Of a stretch of DNA of 64,000 nucleotides, positions 49,953 through 59,794 are shown piece by piece. The stretch comes from Trinickia sp. (GTDB lineage Bacteria; Pseudomonadota; Gammaproteobacteria; Burkholderiales; Burkholderiaceae), in assembly GCA_051961035.1 (NCBI GenBank), contig JBQCDS010000465.1, positions 2,002-66,001 on the forward strand, read 5' to 3'. The notes beneath the pieces were generated by a model that worked only from the letters and a program-made list of their open reading frames with translations, made no database searches and had not been told where the DNA came from. The stretch's first letter is position 1. Each line of letters begins with the position of its first letter. Both the position numbers and the translations under genes were made by a program.

Positions 49953-50447
49953 ATGAATTTTAGAATCGGACAAGGCTACGATGTTCACGCGCTCGTGCCG
50001 GGGCGCCCGCTCATCATTGGCGGGGTAACGGTGCCGTACGAGCGCGGGTTGCTCGGCCACTCGGATGCCGACGTCTTACTGCATGCCGTGACCGATGCGC
50101 TGTTCGGCGCGGCGGCGCTGGGCGACATCGGCCGGCACTTTCCCGATACCGATACGCGCTTCGCAGGCGCCGACAGCCGGGTTTTGCTGCGCGAATGCGC
50201 GGCACGCGTGAGGCAAGCGGGCTTTGCAATCGTGAACGTCGACAGTACCGTGATCGCCCAGGCGCCGAAACTCGCGCCGCACATCGAGGCGATGCGCGTC
50301 AATATCGCCGAGGATCTCGCGCTGCCGCTCGCATGCGTCAACGTCAAAGCGAAGACGAACGAGAAGCTCGGCTATTTGGGACGTGGGGAAGGCATCGAGG
50401 CGCAGGCCGCCGTACTGCTTAGCGGCCCGAGCGCCGCGGGCGCCTGA
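49953..50447 (+). CDS. ispF: 2-C-methyl-D-erythritol 2,4-cyclodiphosphate synthase
   Basis: Motifs [16 protein letters not shown] and KAKTNE. Confidence 0.96.
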   Translation: MNFRIGQGYDVHALVPGRPLIIGGVTVPYERGLLGHSDADVLLHAVTDALFGAAALGDIGRHFPDTDTRFAGADSRVLLRECAARVRQAGFAIVNVDSTVIAQAPKLAPHIEAMRVNIAEDLALPLACVNVKAKTNEKLGYLGRGEGIEAQAAVLLSGPSAAGA

Positions 50448-50601
50448 ACGACGAAAGACGCGGCGGTTCCGCGCCAACGCGCCGCGTGGCGTGCTAAGTA
50501 CGCCTGCAATTGATTCATGTTTTTAATTGGCTTTAGCTATCGCGGCGACCGTCAGCCCGCTGCGCTTTTCGGGCATGGCGGGCATCGAAGGCGTGCGACG
50601 G

Positions 50602-51150
50602 CTACAAGGTGCCGCCGCCGACCGCGCGGTTGCATGCGCAGAGCTCGTTGGTCTGCAAGCCGTCGAGGATACGCAGGATTTCCTGCGTGTTGCGGCCCAC
50701 GTTCAGGTTGTTCACCGAGACGTGTTGGATCGTGTTGTCCGGGTCGACGATGAAGGTTGCACGCAGGGCCACGCCGGCTTCCTTGTCGCGCACGCCGAGC
50801 TGATCGATCAGTTCGCCCTTGACGTCGCCGAACGCGTAATGGTTCAGCTTGTCGAGGTCCTTGTGCTCGCGGCGCCAGGCCAGCTTGACGAACTCGTTGT
50901 CGACGCTGCCGCCGAGCAATACGGCCTCGCGCTCTTCGAAATCCTTTTGTAGCTTCGCAAATTCGACGATTTCAGTCGGGCATACGAACGTGAAATCTTT
51001 CGGGTAGAAATAAATGATCTTCCACTTGCCGGGGAACGATTGTTCGGTAATCTCTTCGAATGCCGACTCGCCGTTTTCTTCATGGTGATTGAAACCCGGC
51101 TTCGCGGCGGACACGGTGAACGCTTCGAGCTTATCGCCGACGGTTTTCAT
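50602..51150 (-). CDS. ahpC: Peroxiredoxin (AhpC/Prx1)
   Basis: FYPKDFTFVCPTE and C-terminal LCACN. Confidence 0.93.
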   Translation of the reverse strand: MKTVGDKLEAFTVSAAKPGFNHHEENGESAFEEITEQSFPGKWKIIYFYPKDFTFVCPTEIVEFAKLQKDFEEREAVLLGGSVDNEFVKLAWRREHKDLDKLNHYAFGDVKGELIDQLGVRDKEAGVALRATFIVDPDNTIQHVSVNNLNVGRNTQEILRILDGLQTNELCACNRAVGGGTL

Positions 51151-51311
51151 GGGACGACTCCTGTGTCTGGTGTGTCGAGTCAAGAAAAGGACGCACTGAT
51201 CAAAAGTACCGGCTCGGTGTAACGACTGCGGACCCGCACGCGTGCGCATGCCCATTGAGTTCAGGGAGCCATCGGCCCCGGCTAGCGATCGACGGCCGAG
51301 CGGCCTCGACC

Positions 51312-52661
51312 TTACGCGCTCTTGGCGAGGGGAAACTCGATTGTGACCTCGAGGCCCGGCCCGGGCGTGCGGTTGCGCAACTTGAGCGTGCCGCGATGGC
51401 GGCTCACGAGGCGCTGCACGATGGCCATGCCGAGACCTGTGCCGTTCGCCTGACTGCGCGCCGAATCGACGCGATAGAACGGACGGGTGACGAGCCCGAT
51501 CTGGTCCTCGGGGATTCCTGGGCCCTCGTCTAGCACCGACAGCTCCACCCGCGAGTGCGACACGCGCGTCTCGAGCATGATGTGCGGCACGCCGTCGGAT
51601 TCGCTCAAGCCGTACTTCTTCGCGTTCTCCAGCAAATTGCCGACCACCCGCCGCACGTCGGTTTCATCGGCTTCGATGACGGCCGAATCGGCCAGGCGGG
51701 CGATGAGCCGCACGCCGTCCTCGCTGGCCATGCGAGCCGCCATTTCTCCGGCGACGAGCGAAAGGTCGACAGGGCTCGAGAAGTGCTGCGCCGGGCGCGC
51801 ATAGTCGAGAAAACGCCCGATGATGGAGTCCATTTGCTCGATGTCGTCGATCATGGCGTCTTTCGTGGCCTGGTCGGACGGGCTCATTTCCGTTTCGAGG
51901 CGCAGGCGCGCGAGCGGGGTGCGCAAGTCGTGCGAGATCCCCGCCAGCATCAGCGCGCGATCGGCCTCGAGCTGCTCGAGGTCGCGCACCATCTGGTTGA
52001 AGCTGCGGTTGGTTTCCGCCGCAACGCCAAGCCCTTGTTCGGGCAGCGCCTCGGGCGCTTGACCCAGCCCCACCTTGCGCGCGGCCGCGGCCAAGCGCGC
52101 GAACGGACGGTTCACGAGGCTCGTGATGAACGCGGCGCCGAACAGCGACAGCGCCAGCGCGAAGATGCCCCAGCCTGCCCACTGCAAGCCCGTCACACTG
52201 TCGAGCTGATCGCGGTCGAGCGCTACCCAATAGTCGTCGTCGTCGATCTTGAAGCTGATCCAGACGCCGGGGATGTCGTTGACCGACTGCGCGATGACGG
52301 TATCGTCGCCGAGCCGCCCGCGAATGTCATGCTCGATGAGCCGATTGAGCGATTCGTCGGGCTGCAGCTTGAACTTGTCGGTGGCCTCGCGCGGGTAGAC
52401 GCGCACGCCCTCGTTGCTCTCGAGATCTTGCAGCAGCGCGCGGCGTAGGTCCGGATCGGAATAGAGCAGGGCCGTGCGCGTGAGCTTGACGATGGCCACG
52501 AGCTGGAGCGCGACGCGCTGCGCCCGCGGCTCGCGCTCGATCACGCGGAAGCTTTGAAACCATGCGGTAAGGCTGACCGCGATCAACAGCGCGATCAGCA
52601 AGAAGGTGCGCCAAAACAGGCCCCCGAACGCGTGGGCGAGAAACCGCCGGTTGATGCGCAT
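51312..52661 (-). CDS. EnvZ/RisS-like sensor histidine kinase
   Basis: TM-periplasmic-TM-HAMP, GISHDLRTPLARLRL; downstream of the OmpR-like regulator. Confidence 0.92.
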   Translation of the reverse strand: MRINRRFLAHAFGGLFWRTFLLIALLIAVSLTAWFQSFRVIEREPRAQRVALQLVAIVKLTRTALLYSDPDLRRALLQDLESNEGVRVYPREATDKFKLQPDESLNRLIEHDIRGRLGDDTVIAQSVNDIPGVWISFKIDDDDYWVALDRDQLDSVTGLQWAGWGIFALALSLFGAAFITSLVNRPFARLAAAARKVGLGQAPEALPEQGLGVAAETNRSFNQMVRDLEQLEADRALMLAGISHDLRTPLARLRLETEMSPSDQATKDAMIDDIEQMDSIIGRFLDYARPAQHFSSPVDLSLVAGEMAARMASEDGVRLIARLADSAVIEADETDVRRVVGNLLENAKKYGLSESDGVPHIMLETRVSHSRVELSVLDEGPGIPEDQIGLVTRPFYRVDSARSQANGTGLGMAIVQRLVSRHRGTLKLRNRTPGPGLEVTIEFPLAKSA

Positions 52662-52698
52662 GGGGGCTAGCGGGGCGCGCGTGAGGGCCGAGCGTAGG

Positions 52699-53424
52699 TC
52701 ACGCCGCGCCGTCGGGGATGAAGACGTAGCCGAGGCCCCAAACGGTTTGAATGAAGCGGGGACTGCTTGGATCGACTTCGATCAGCTTGCGCAGACGCGA
52801 GATCTGCACGTCCAGGCTGCGATCGAACACTTCGTACTCTCTGCCTCGGGCGAGCTCCATCAGCTTTTCGCGCGACAGCGGCTGCCGCGGATGGCGCGCG
52901 AACACCTTGAGCACCGAGAATTCGCCCGTCGTGAGGGGAATCTCCTGGCCGGACTTCGTGAGCGTGCGCGTGGCTAGATTGAGCGCGAAGTCGCCGAATT
53001 CGAACACCTCGGCTGTTTCGGACGGCGCGCCGGGCAGTTCGGACGGCGATTGACGCCGCAAGACGGCGTGAATGCGCGCGACGAGTTCGCGAGGATTGAA
53101 CGGCTTGGGCAGGTAGTCGTCGGCGCCCATTTCGAGGCCCACGATACGGTCGACGTCCTCGCCCTTGGCCGTCAGCATGATGATCGGCGTGCGGTCGTTG
53201 CTGCCGCGCAGACGGCGGCAGATCGACAGCCCGTCTTCGCCGGGCAGCATCAGGTCCAGCACGAGCAGATCGAACCGCTCACGCACCCAGAGCTTGTTCA
53301 TCGCGGGCGCATTCTCCGCGACGTAGACGTTGAAGCCTTGCTCGCCGAGGTAGCGGCGCAGCAGATCACGCAAGCGAGGGTCGTCGTCGACGACGAGAAT
53401 CTTCGAGGGGGTTTTAGTTTCCAT
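52699..53424 (-). CDS. ompR: OmpR/RisA response regulator
   Basis: Motifs ILVVDDDPRLRDLL, LDLMLPGEDGL and RSLDVQISRLR...IQTVWGLGY. Confidence 0.92.
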   Translation of the reverse strand: METKTPSKILVVDDDPRLRDLLRRYLGEQGFNVYVAENAPAMNKLWVRERFDLLVLDLMLPGEDGLSICRRLRGSNDRTPIIMLTAKGEDVDRIVGLEMGADDYLPKPFNPRELVARIHAVLRRQSPSELPGAPSETAEVFEFGDFALNLATRTLTKSGQEIPLTTGEFSVLKVFARHPRQPLSREKLMELARGREYEVFDRSLDVQISRLRKLIEVDPSSPRFIQTVWGLGYVFIPDGAA

Positions 53425-53667
53425 GGGCGGCATCTTAGCGCGATTGGAAAGGTGGACGCGAAACGGTGAATTATTGGGTTACAGACAGTTACAAAATTTA
53501 CCCGTGTTGATGCGTCGCGTAAACGGCCTCCCCTTAAACTTCTTCACGAATAGCGGCTGTTCGGTGGATACTTCATCCCATAACACCATTCTCTCGCGCT
53601 TGGCCTGGGCCGAGCGTCTGCATACGTAATTCGAGGTAGCCGGTTGCCGCATGACGAAGGGAACAAG

Positions 53668-54027
53668 ATGACGGTGGGACGCGCGTTGCCGCGCATGCGA
53701 GCGCGGATCGCCGCGGTCGCCATCGCCGGCGCGCTCGCCAGTCTGACCGTTGCCGCCGACGCGCAAGCGCAGGCGCCGGCGCGCGAGCGCCGGGTCGAGC
53801 AGCATCATCCGTGGCATCGCCGCTATCTGCCGCCGCGGCGCGAGCCGCTTGCGCATCCCGCCTCCGCGGCAAGCGCACCCAATGTCCAGGGCGTGCCGAT
53901 CATGAGGACGGCCTCGTCGCCGGCCGAGTTCGGCGATCACCAGCGTGACGGCCATATGACGGTCGATGAGCGGCGTTTGCTTCGCCAGCACATCGAGGAC
54001 GCCGTGCGCGAACTCTACAGGCGTTGA
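53668..54027 (+). CDS. Small exported hypothetical protein divergent from ompR
   Basis: Signal peptide and a C-terminal helix HMTVDERRLLRQHIEDAVRELY. Confidence 0.65.
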   Translation: MTVGRALPRMRARIAAVAIAGALASLTVAADAQAQAPARERRVEQHHPWHRRYLPPRREPLAHPASAASAPNVQGVPIMRTASSPAEFGDHQRDGHMTVDERRLLRQHIEDAVRELYRR

Positions 54028-54077
54028 TCGAGCCGCAGGCCGGCCTCGTCGAGCATCGATCGGCGTGGTTCAGCGCG

Positions 54078-54938
54078 TCAATGCCGGCGCGCCGCGCGCC
54101 ACGCGATCCAAAGCTTGCGGATCGGCGTCAACGCGATGCGTTGATGCAGCACTTGGAATTCATCGCGTTCGATTTCGTCGAGCAACGAGAGCGACAGCGC
54201 GGCTTGCGCCCGCAACGTGCGTTGCGTTGCCCGCTCCGCGGCAGGGATGCCGGCAAGCGCGGTGCGCAGCGACTCGCGCGCTCGATTCGTCTGGAACCGC
54301 ATGAGTTCGGTGAACGACGGGCCGTATTTGCGGTTGATGAGGTCGGACGCCGTCACGCCGAAACGCTGCAGCTCGTCGATAGGCAAGTAGATGCGTCCAT
54401 GTCGCGCATCGTTGCCGAGTTCCTGCACGAACTGCGCAAGCATCAGCGCATTGCCGAGCGTGCTTGCCCACGTCTCGGCGCGTTGCGGCTCGCGCGCCGT
54501 GGCGCGTGCTACGCCAGCCGCGAATGCGCCGCCGACGCGTTCGATGTAGCGCGTCAAGTTGGGAAAGTCGAGGTAGCGCGCCTGGTCTAGATCCATCTCG
54601 AACCCGGCAACCAAGCTGCGCAGCATCGGCCCTTCGGCCTCGATGTCGCGGCAATGAGCGACGAGCGCGTGCGACACCGGGTGCGACGGCTGTCCCGCCG
54701 CCAGCGCGGCCGTTTCCTTTTGCCACCATGCGAGCTTCGTGCGTCCGATCGTCGGATCGCTGACATCCTTGACCGTCTCCTCGAGTTCGCGGCGCAGGGC
54801 GTAGAGCGCCGTCAAAAGCGGCTGACGAGCGGCGGGTGCCTGACGCAGCGCGTAGTAGACGCTCGAGCCCGGGGGGGCTGCCTTTTGCGCGCAGTATTCA
54901 TCGAAACTCTGGGGGGCGGAAGTCGGGGACGGTGACAC
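54078..54938 (-). CDS. Squalene/phytoene synthase family (HpnD-like), Asp-rich motifs degenerate
   Basis: Motifs YCAQKAAPPGSSVYYA, KLAWW, GFEMDL, DARHGRIYLP and LTPIRKLWIAW. Start approximate (GTG). Confidence 0.8.
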   Translation of the reverse strand: MSPSPTSAPQSFDEYCAQKAAPPGSSVYYALRQAPAARQPLLTALYALRRELEETVKDVSDPTIGRTKLAWWQKETAALAAGQPSHPVSHALVAHCRDIEAEGPMLRSLVAGFEMDLDQARYLDFPNLTRYIERVGGAFAAGVARATAREPQRAETWASTLGNALMLAQFVQELGNDARHGRIYLPIDELQRFGVTASDLINRKYGPSFTELMRFQTNRARESLRTALAGIPAAERATQRTLRAQAALSLSLLDEIERDEFQVLHQRIALTPIRKLWIAWRAARRH

Positions 54939-55132
54939 GGCAAACGGACGATGAGACGGCGAACCGATAGGTGAAGGGATGAGCGCGCATCTCGCGCGGC
55001 GCGCCAAGCGAGGGAATCGACCGGGCGCGAGCGAAATCCCGCTTCGGTGCGGATACTACCGCACTTCGGCGCCGTCCGACGTCAGAGCGCCGCGGCAGCC
55101 GCCCTCGACCGCCCGCGCCGACTGCGAGCGCC

Positions 55133-55330
55133 CTAGTGCGGGCGTCTCGCCACGGCTTTGACCACCGACTCGCCACGCTCGGTCAAGCGCAGTTGCCGGC
55201 CCACGACCAGTTTGTCCAGCGCGACGAGCTGGCGCTCCACGAGCGACGCCACATCGCCCCGATCTAGCTCGCCCAAATCCCGTTTGCCGCCCACGAGCAG
55301 CAGCGCGGCGAATTCATGAGGACTGAGCAT
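55133..55330 (-). CDS. Small hypothetical protein (65 aa)
   Basis: SD GGAGG, then MLSPHEFAALLLV...LRLTERGESVV (winged-helix-like end). Confidence 0.65.
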   Translation of the reverse strand: MLSPHEFAALLLVGGKRDLGELDRGDVASLVERQLVALDKLVVGRQLRLTERGESVVKAVARRPH

Positions 55331-55614
55331 GTTTTCCTCCGTATCGAATGCAGGTTGGGCGACGGATCGCCGATCGCCTGCTACCAAGATAGGTCGCTGA
55401 CGACGTTGGCCGGCGCGCAAATTGTCGCAGGGCCGGTCGAGGGCGCACCGGCGCGCTATGCTGACGACGGTTGTATCACTGCGTGATGTATCTGCCGTGC
55501 AAGCAAGCAAGCGAGCGATGCGACGGGCGGCGGGGCGGTTAGCGCATTTGGCCCAAGGAAACGAAGGCCTACTATGAAAACCTTGAGCGGCGAAAAGTCG
55601 CTGGGGGACCAAGC

Positions 55615-56817
55615 ATGATGATGAAAATCAACGAGCCGCTCGGGCGCGGCGCATCGCAAGCCGCGGGGTGGCCCGTTCTGCGCCTGGGATTCCGTCCGTT
55701 CTACCTTGGCGGAGCGCTATTCGGCCTCGTCGCCGTTGCGCTCTGGCTGTCGGCGTTGCGAGGCCATGGCTCCGCCGGGCACGCCGTGCGGATGTCGGGC
55801 GTCGTTTGGCACGTGCACGAAATGCTGTTCGGATTCGTCGCGGCGATCGTCGTCGGCTTCTTGCTGACGGCCGTGCGCGCATGGACTTCGCGTCCGACGC
55901 CGACCGGCGCGGCGCTCGGCGGGCTCTGGTTGTTATGGGCCGCGGGGCGGGTGCTCGTCTGGACCGGTCCTTCGCTCGCGGCGGCGGTGGTCGACGTGGC
56001 GTTCCTGCCGATCGTCGCGGTGGTTCTGCTGCGCGTGCTGATCGCCGCCAAGAATCGTCACAATATTTTCTTGCCCGTGGCGCTTGCGCTGTTCGGGCTG
56101 CTGAACGCGCTGTTTCATTGGTACGCCTGGGAGGGCCGTTTCGATCTCGCGCTGCGCGTGGCATATGCCACGACCGGGCTCGTCATGATGTTCATTTCGG
56201 TGATCACGGGACGCGTGGTGCCGATGTTCACGACGAACGCGATTCCGGGGTTTGCCGTCAGGCGCTGGAAGTTCGTCGACGCGTGGGCGGCGCCCGCACC
56301 GCTGATCGCGCTGGGGGCCGACGCCCTGGGCGCGCCGGGGATCGTCGTGGCCGCGTGCGCCGCGGCGACCGCCGCCATTCACGCGGTGCGCATCGTGGGA
56401 TGGCGGTCCTGGCGGGTCGGGCCGCGCCCCATTCTTTGGGTGCTACATGCGGCGTGCGCGTGGATTCCCCTGGGGTTCGCGCTGCTGGCCGGCGCCGCGC
56501 TCGGCGTGCTGTCGCACTCGTTGGCCATCCACGCGCTGACCGTCGGTGCAATGGGCGGGGCGATCATCGCCATGATCACACGCACCGCGCTTGGTCACAC
56601 CGGGCGGATGCTGATTGCGGGACGGTTCGAGATCGCGAGCTACTGGCTCATGATCGTAGCCGCGCTCGCACGCGTGTTCGGCCCGCTCGTGTTTCCGGCT
56701 ATGAGCGCCGTATGGATCGACATCGCAGGCGGCGCGTGGTGCGCGGCGCTCGTGGTTTACGTGATCCGCTATGCGCCTTATTTGAGCATGCCTCGGATAG
56801 ACGGCAAGCCCGGTTGA
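55615..56817 (+). CDS. nnrS: NnrS family membrane protein
   Basis: Motifs LGFRPFYL, WHVHEMLFGF, GFLLTA, GRVVPMFT, HALTVG and RTALGHTGR. Confidence 0.92.
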   Translation: MMMKINEPLGRGASQAAGWPVLRLGFRPFYLGGALFGLVAVALWLSALRGHGSAGHAVRMSGVVWHVHEMLFGFVAAIVVGFLLTAVRAWTSRPTPTGAALGGLWLLWAAGRVLVWTGPSLAAAVVDVAFLPIVAVVLLRVLIAAKNRHNIFLPVALALFGLLNALFHWYAWEGRFDLALRVAYATTGLVMMFISVITGRVVPMFTTNAIPGFAVRRWKFVDAWAAPAPLIALGADALGAPGIVVAACAAATAAIHAVRIVGWRSWRVGPRPILWVLHAACAWIPLGFALLAGAALGVLSHSLAIHALTVGAMGGAIIAMITRTALGHTGRMLIAGRFEIASYWLMIVAALARVFGPLVFPAMSAVWIDIAGGAWCAALVVYVIRYAPYLSMPRIDGKPG

Positions 56818-56976
56818 CGACGCGAGCCGAGATGAGCGCGGGCGTCCATTGTTCTGAAGGTTGTCCGCGCCGCCGTGACGGCATTGCGGAAAAACGTTCG
56901 CCACCGCGCGGAGCCGGGCGTGCTTGATGGAGCATGATGGGGTTGCGGCATGACGCCATCGGGCGAGGAGTGCACC

Positions 56977-58320
56977 ATGAAGCTAGCGCTCGGCAGCGTG
57001 CTGCTGACCGATCTTTACGAGCTGACGATGCTGCAGGCGTATTTCGACGCCGGCATGAATGAGACCGCATCGTTCGAGTTGTTCGTGCGCGGCTTGCCGA
57101 AGGAGCGCAATTTTTTGATGGCCGCTGGGCTCGAGCAGGTGCTCGAGTATCTCGAGCAGCTTCGCTTCACGCCCGACGAGTTGTCGTCGCTATCGAAAAC
57201 GGGGCGATTTTCGACGCCGTTCATTCGCTCGCTCGAGCATTTGCGCTTTACAGGCGATGTCGACGCGATGCGCGAGGGGACCATCTTCTTTCCCGACGAG
57301 CCGATCATCCGCGTCACCGCGCCGATGCGCGAGGCGCAGTTGATCGAAAGCCGACTGATGAACCTCGCGCACTTCGAGACGGTGGTCGCGAGCAAAGCGG
57401 CGCGCTGCGTGCTCGCCGCGCCCGATAAGCTGCTCGTCGATTTCGGACTGCGGCGTGCGCACGGCGCCGAGGCCGCTTGGCTCTCGGCGCGCGCCTCGTT
57501 CTTGGCGGGCTTTAGCGGCACGGCGACACTTGCCGCCGGGCTCGCCTTCGGTATCCCCATCTATGGAACGATGGCCCATTCCTACGTGCTGGCGCACGAT
57601 GACGAAGCTTATGCGTTCGAGCAATTTGCGCGCTCGCAGCCCGAGAATGCGACCCTGCTGATCGATACCTACGATACGGAAGAAGCGGCGCGCAAGATCG
57701 TTGCGCTTGCGCCGCGGCTCGCCAAGGACGGCATCTCCCTGCGCGGCGTGCGGCTCGACAGCGGCGATCTCGGCGAGCATGCGCGGCGTGTGCGCGGCAT
57801 TCTCGATGCGGGCGGCTTGAGGGATGTAACGATCTTCGCGAGCGGCAATCTCGATGAGCACCGGTTGCGTCAACTATTCGACGACCAAGCACCGATCGAC
57901 GGCTTCGGCGTCGGCACGCGGATGAACACTTCGGCCGATGCTCCATACCTTGACTGCGCCTACAAGCTCGTCGAATATGCGGACGAGCCGCGGCGCAAGC
58001 GCTCGGAAGGCAAGGCGAGCTGGCCCGGACGCAAGGCGGTCTATCGGCTCACCGGGCCGAACGGCGTGATGGCCGGCGATTGGGTGACGCTGGCACGAGA
58101 GAAGCGCGACGGCGAGCCGCTGCTGGAGGCCGTCATGCGCGGCGGCAAGCGCTGCGGCGAACCGGTGACGCTGCAAGCGGCGCGCGAACATGCGCGGCGG
58201 GCGCTGCGAGCGTTGCCGAGCGCGCAGCGCACCCTCGACGTCGACGAGCCGTATCCGGTGGCGATATCGGACGGCCTGCGCGAGCTGGCGCGACGGCTCG
58301 ACGAAGGGCGCAAGGGTTAG
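56977..58320 (+). CDS. pncB: Nicotinate phosphoribosyltransferase
   Basis: Motifs LLTDLYELTM, DFGLRRAHG, GTMAHS, LIDTYD, VRLDSGD and FGVGT. Confidence 0.88.
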   Translation: MKLALGSVLLTDLYELTMLQAYFDAGMNETASFELFVRGLPKERNFLMAAGLEQVLEYLEQLRFTPDELSSLSKTGRFSTPFIRSLEHLRFTGDVDAMREGTIFFPDEPIIRVTAPMREAQLIESRLMNLAHFETVVASKAARCVLAAPDKLLVDFGLRRAHGAEAAWLSARASFLAGFSGTATLAAGLAFGIPIYGTMAHSYVLAHDDEAYAFEQFARSQPENATLLIDTYDTEEAARKIVALAPRLAKDGISLRGVRLDSGDLGEHARRVRGILDAGGLRDVTIFASGNLDEHRLRQLFDDQAPIDGFGVGTRMNTSADAPYLDCAYKLVEYADEPRRKRSEGKASWPGRKAVYRLTGPNGVMAGDWVTLAREKRDGEPLLEAVMRGGKRCGEPVTLQAAREHARRALRALPSAQRTLDVDEPYPVAISDGLRELARRLDEGRKG

Positions 58321-58324
58321 CGCC

Positions 58325-59761
58325 TTAGGCCGCGAGTTGCCGTGCCGTGGCGTCGAATGCTCGCTTCGCCTTTTCGACGATCTCGTCGATTTGATCGCGG
58401 GCAATCACGAGGGGCGGCGAGAGCAGCATGCGATCGCCCGAAGCCCGCATGACGAGGTTGCCGTTGAAGCAGAAATCGCGGCACATCGCGCCCACCTCGC
58501 CGCCATTGACGAATCGCGTTCGCGTGCGCGGCGCCTGCGCGAGCTGCACGCCCGCGACGAGGCCGGCGCCCGATACTTCGCCGACGATCGGGTGGCCCTC
58601 GAACGCCTCCCGCAAGCAGGCTTGGAAGTACGGGCCGGTTTCCTCCTTCACGCGCGTGACGATCTGCTCGTCGCGCAGCAGCTCCAGGTTCGCGACCGCC
58701 ACCGCCGCCGCGACCGGATGTCCCGAATACGTGAGCCCATGATTGAACTCGCCGTTCTCGATGATCGCGCGGGCGATGCGATCGTGCAGCGCGACGGCGC
58801 CCATCGGGACATAGCCGCTCGTGAGGCCCTTGGCGAGCGTCAGCAGATCGGGTTCGAAGCCGAAATGTTGATGCGCGAACCATTCGCCCGTGCGTCCGAA
58901 TCCCCCGATCACCTCGTCGGCCACGAGCAAGATGTCGTACTTGCGGCAGATGCGCTCGATCTCCGGCCAGTAGGTGGAAGGCGGGAAAATGACACCCCCG
59001 GCGCCTTGGAACGGCTCGCCGATGAACGCAGCGACATTGTCGGCGCCGAGCTCGAGGATCTTTTCTTCGAGTTGCCGGGCGCGAGCTAGGCCGAACGCTT
59101 CCGGCGTCATATCGGCGGGCGCTTCCGCGAAGAAGTAGGGTTGATCGATGTGCACGACGTGCTCGAGCTTCGAGGGCATCTGCTCATGCATGTACGCCAT
59201 TCCGCCGAGCGTCGCGGCTGCGATCGTCGATCCATGATAGCCGTTCTCGCGCGCGACGATGTAGCGCTTCGAAGGCTTGCCTTGCGTCGCCCAGTATCGA
59301 TAGACGATGCGCAGCACGGTGTCGTTGCCCTCCGATCCGCTGTTGCAATAGAAGAAGTGATTGAACGGCGCCGGCGTGAGTTCGGCAAGCAGCGCCGACA
59401 GCGCGATGACCGGAGGATGAGTCGTCTTGAAGAACGTGTTGTAGTAGGGCAGCGCGCGCAGTTGGCGATAGGCGGCATCGGCCAGCTCCTTGCGGCCGTA
59501 GCCGACGTTGACGCACCACAGGCCCGCCATGCCGTCGATGATGCGGTTGCCGTCGGAGTCCCAAAGGTAGACGCCTTCGGCCTTGACGATGACGCGGCTG
59601 CCGGCGCGATTGAGCGCCCCCATGTCGGAAAACGGATGAAGGTGATGCGCCGCGTCGAGCGCGCGATAGTCGGTCGTGCTGGGCGAGGGCAGTTCCGCGT
59701 TCGTTTTCGCGGCCTGCGCGTGCTCGCGCTCGTGCGCGGGTGATTCGAGTTCGTGGCTCAT
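58325..59761 (-). CDS. Class III aminotransferase (putrescine-pyruvate, SpuC-like)
   Basis: Motifs DGMAGLWCVNVGYG, NSGSEGND, DEVIGGFGRTG and LAKGLTSGY; polyamine operon context. Confidence 0.88.
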   Translation of the reverse strand: MSHELESPAHEREHAQAAKTNAELPSPSTTDYRALDAAHHLHPFSDMGALNRAGSRVIVKAEGVYLWDSDGNRIIDGMAGLWCVNVGYGRKELADAAYRQLRALPYYNTFFKTTHPPVIALSALLAELTPAPFNHFFYCNSGSEGNDTVLRIVYRYWATQGKPSKRYIVARENGYHGSTIAAATLGGMAYMHEQMPSKLEHVVHIDQPYFFAEAPADMTPEAFGLARARQLEEKILELGADNVAAFIGEPFQGAGGVIFPPSTYWPEIERICRKYDILLVADEVIGGFGRTGEWFAHQHFGFEPDLLTLAKGLTSGYVPMGAVALHDRIARAIIENGEFNHGLTYSGHPVAAAVAVANLELLRDEQIVTRVKEETGPYFQACLREAFEGHPIVGEVSGAGLVAGVQLAQAPRTRTRFVNGGEVGAMCRDFCFNGNLVMRASGDRMLLSPPLVIARDQIDEIVEKAKRAFDATARQLAA

Positions 59762-59794
59762 AGTCGCTCCGTTCGATGCGTTGCGATGTGCATG

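Noticed and set aside
55472-55490. Imperfect palindrome TGTATCAC-TGC-GTGATGTA upstream of nnrS as an FNR/NsrR site
   Set aside because: It does not match TTGAT-N4-ATCAA or the NsrR consensus well enough to call.
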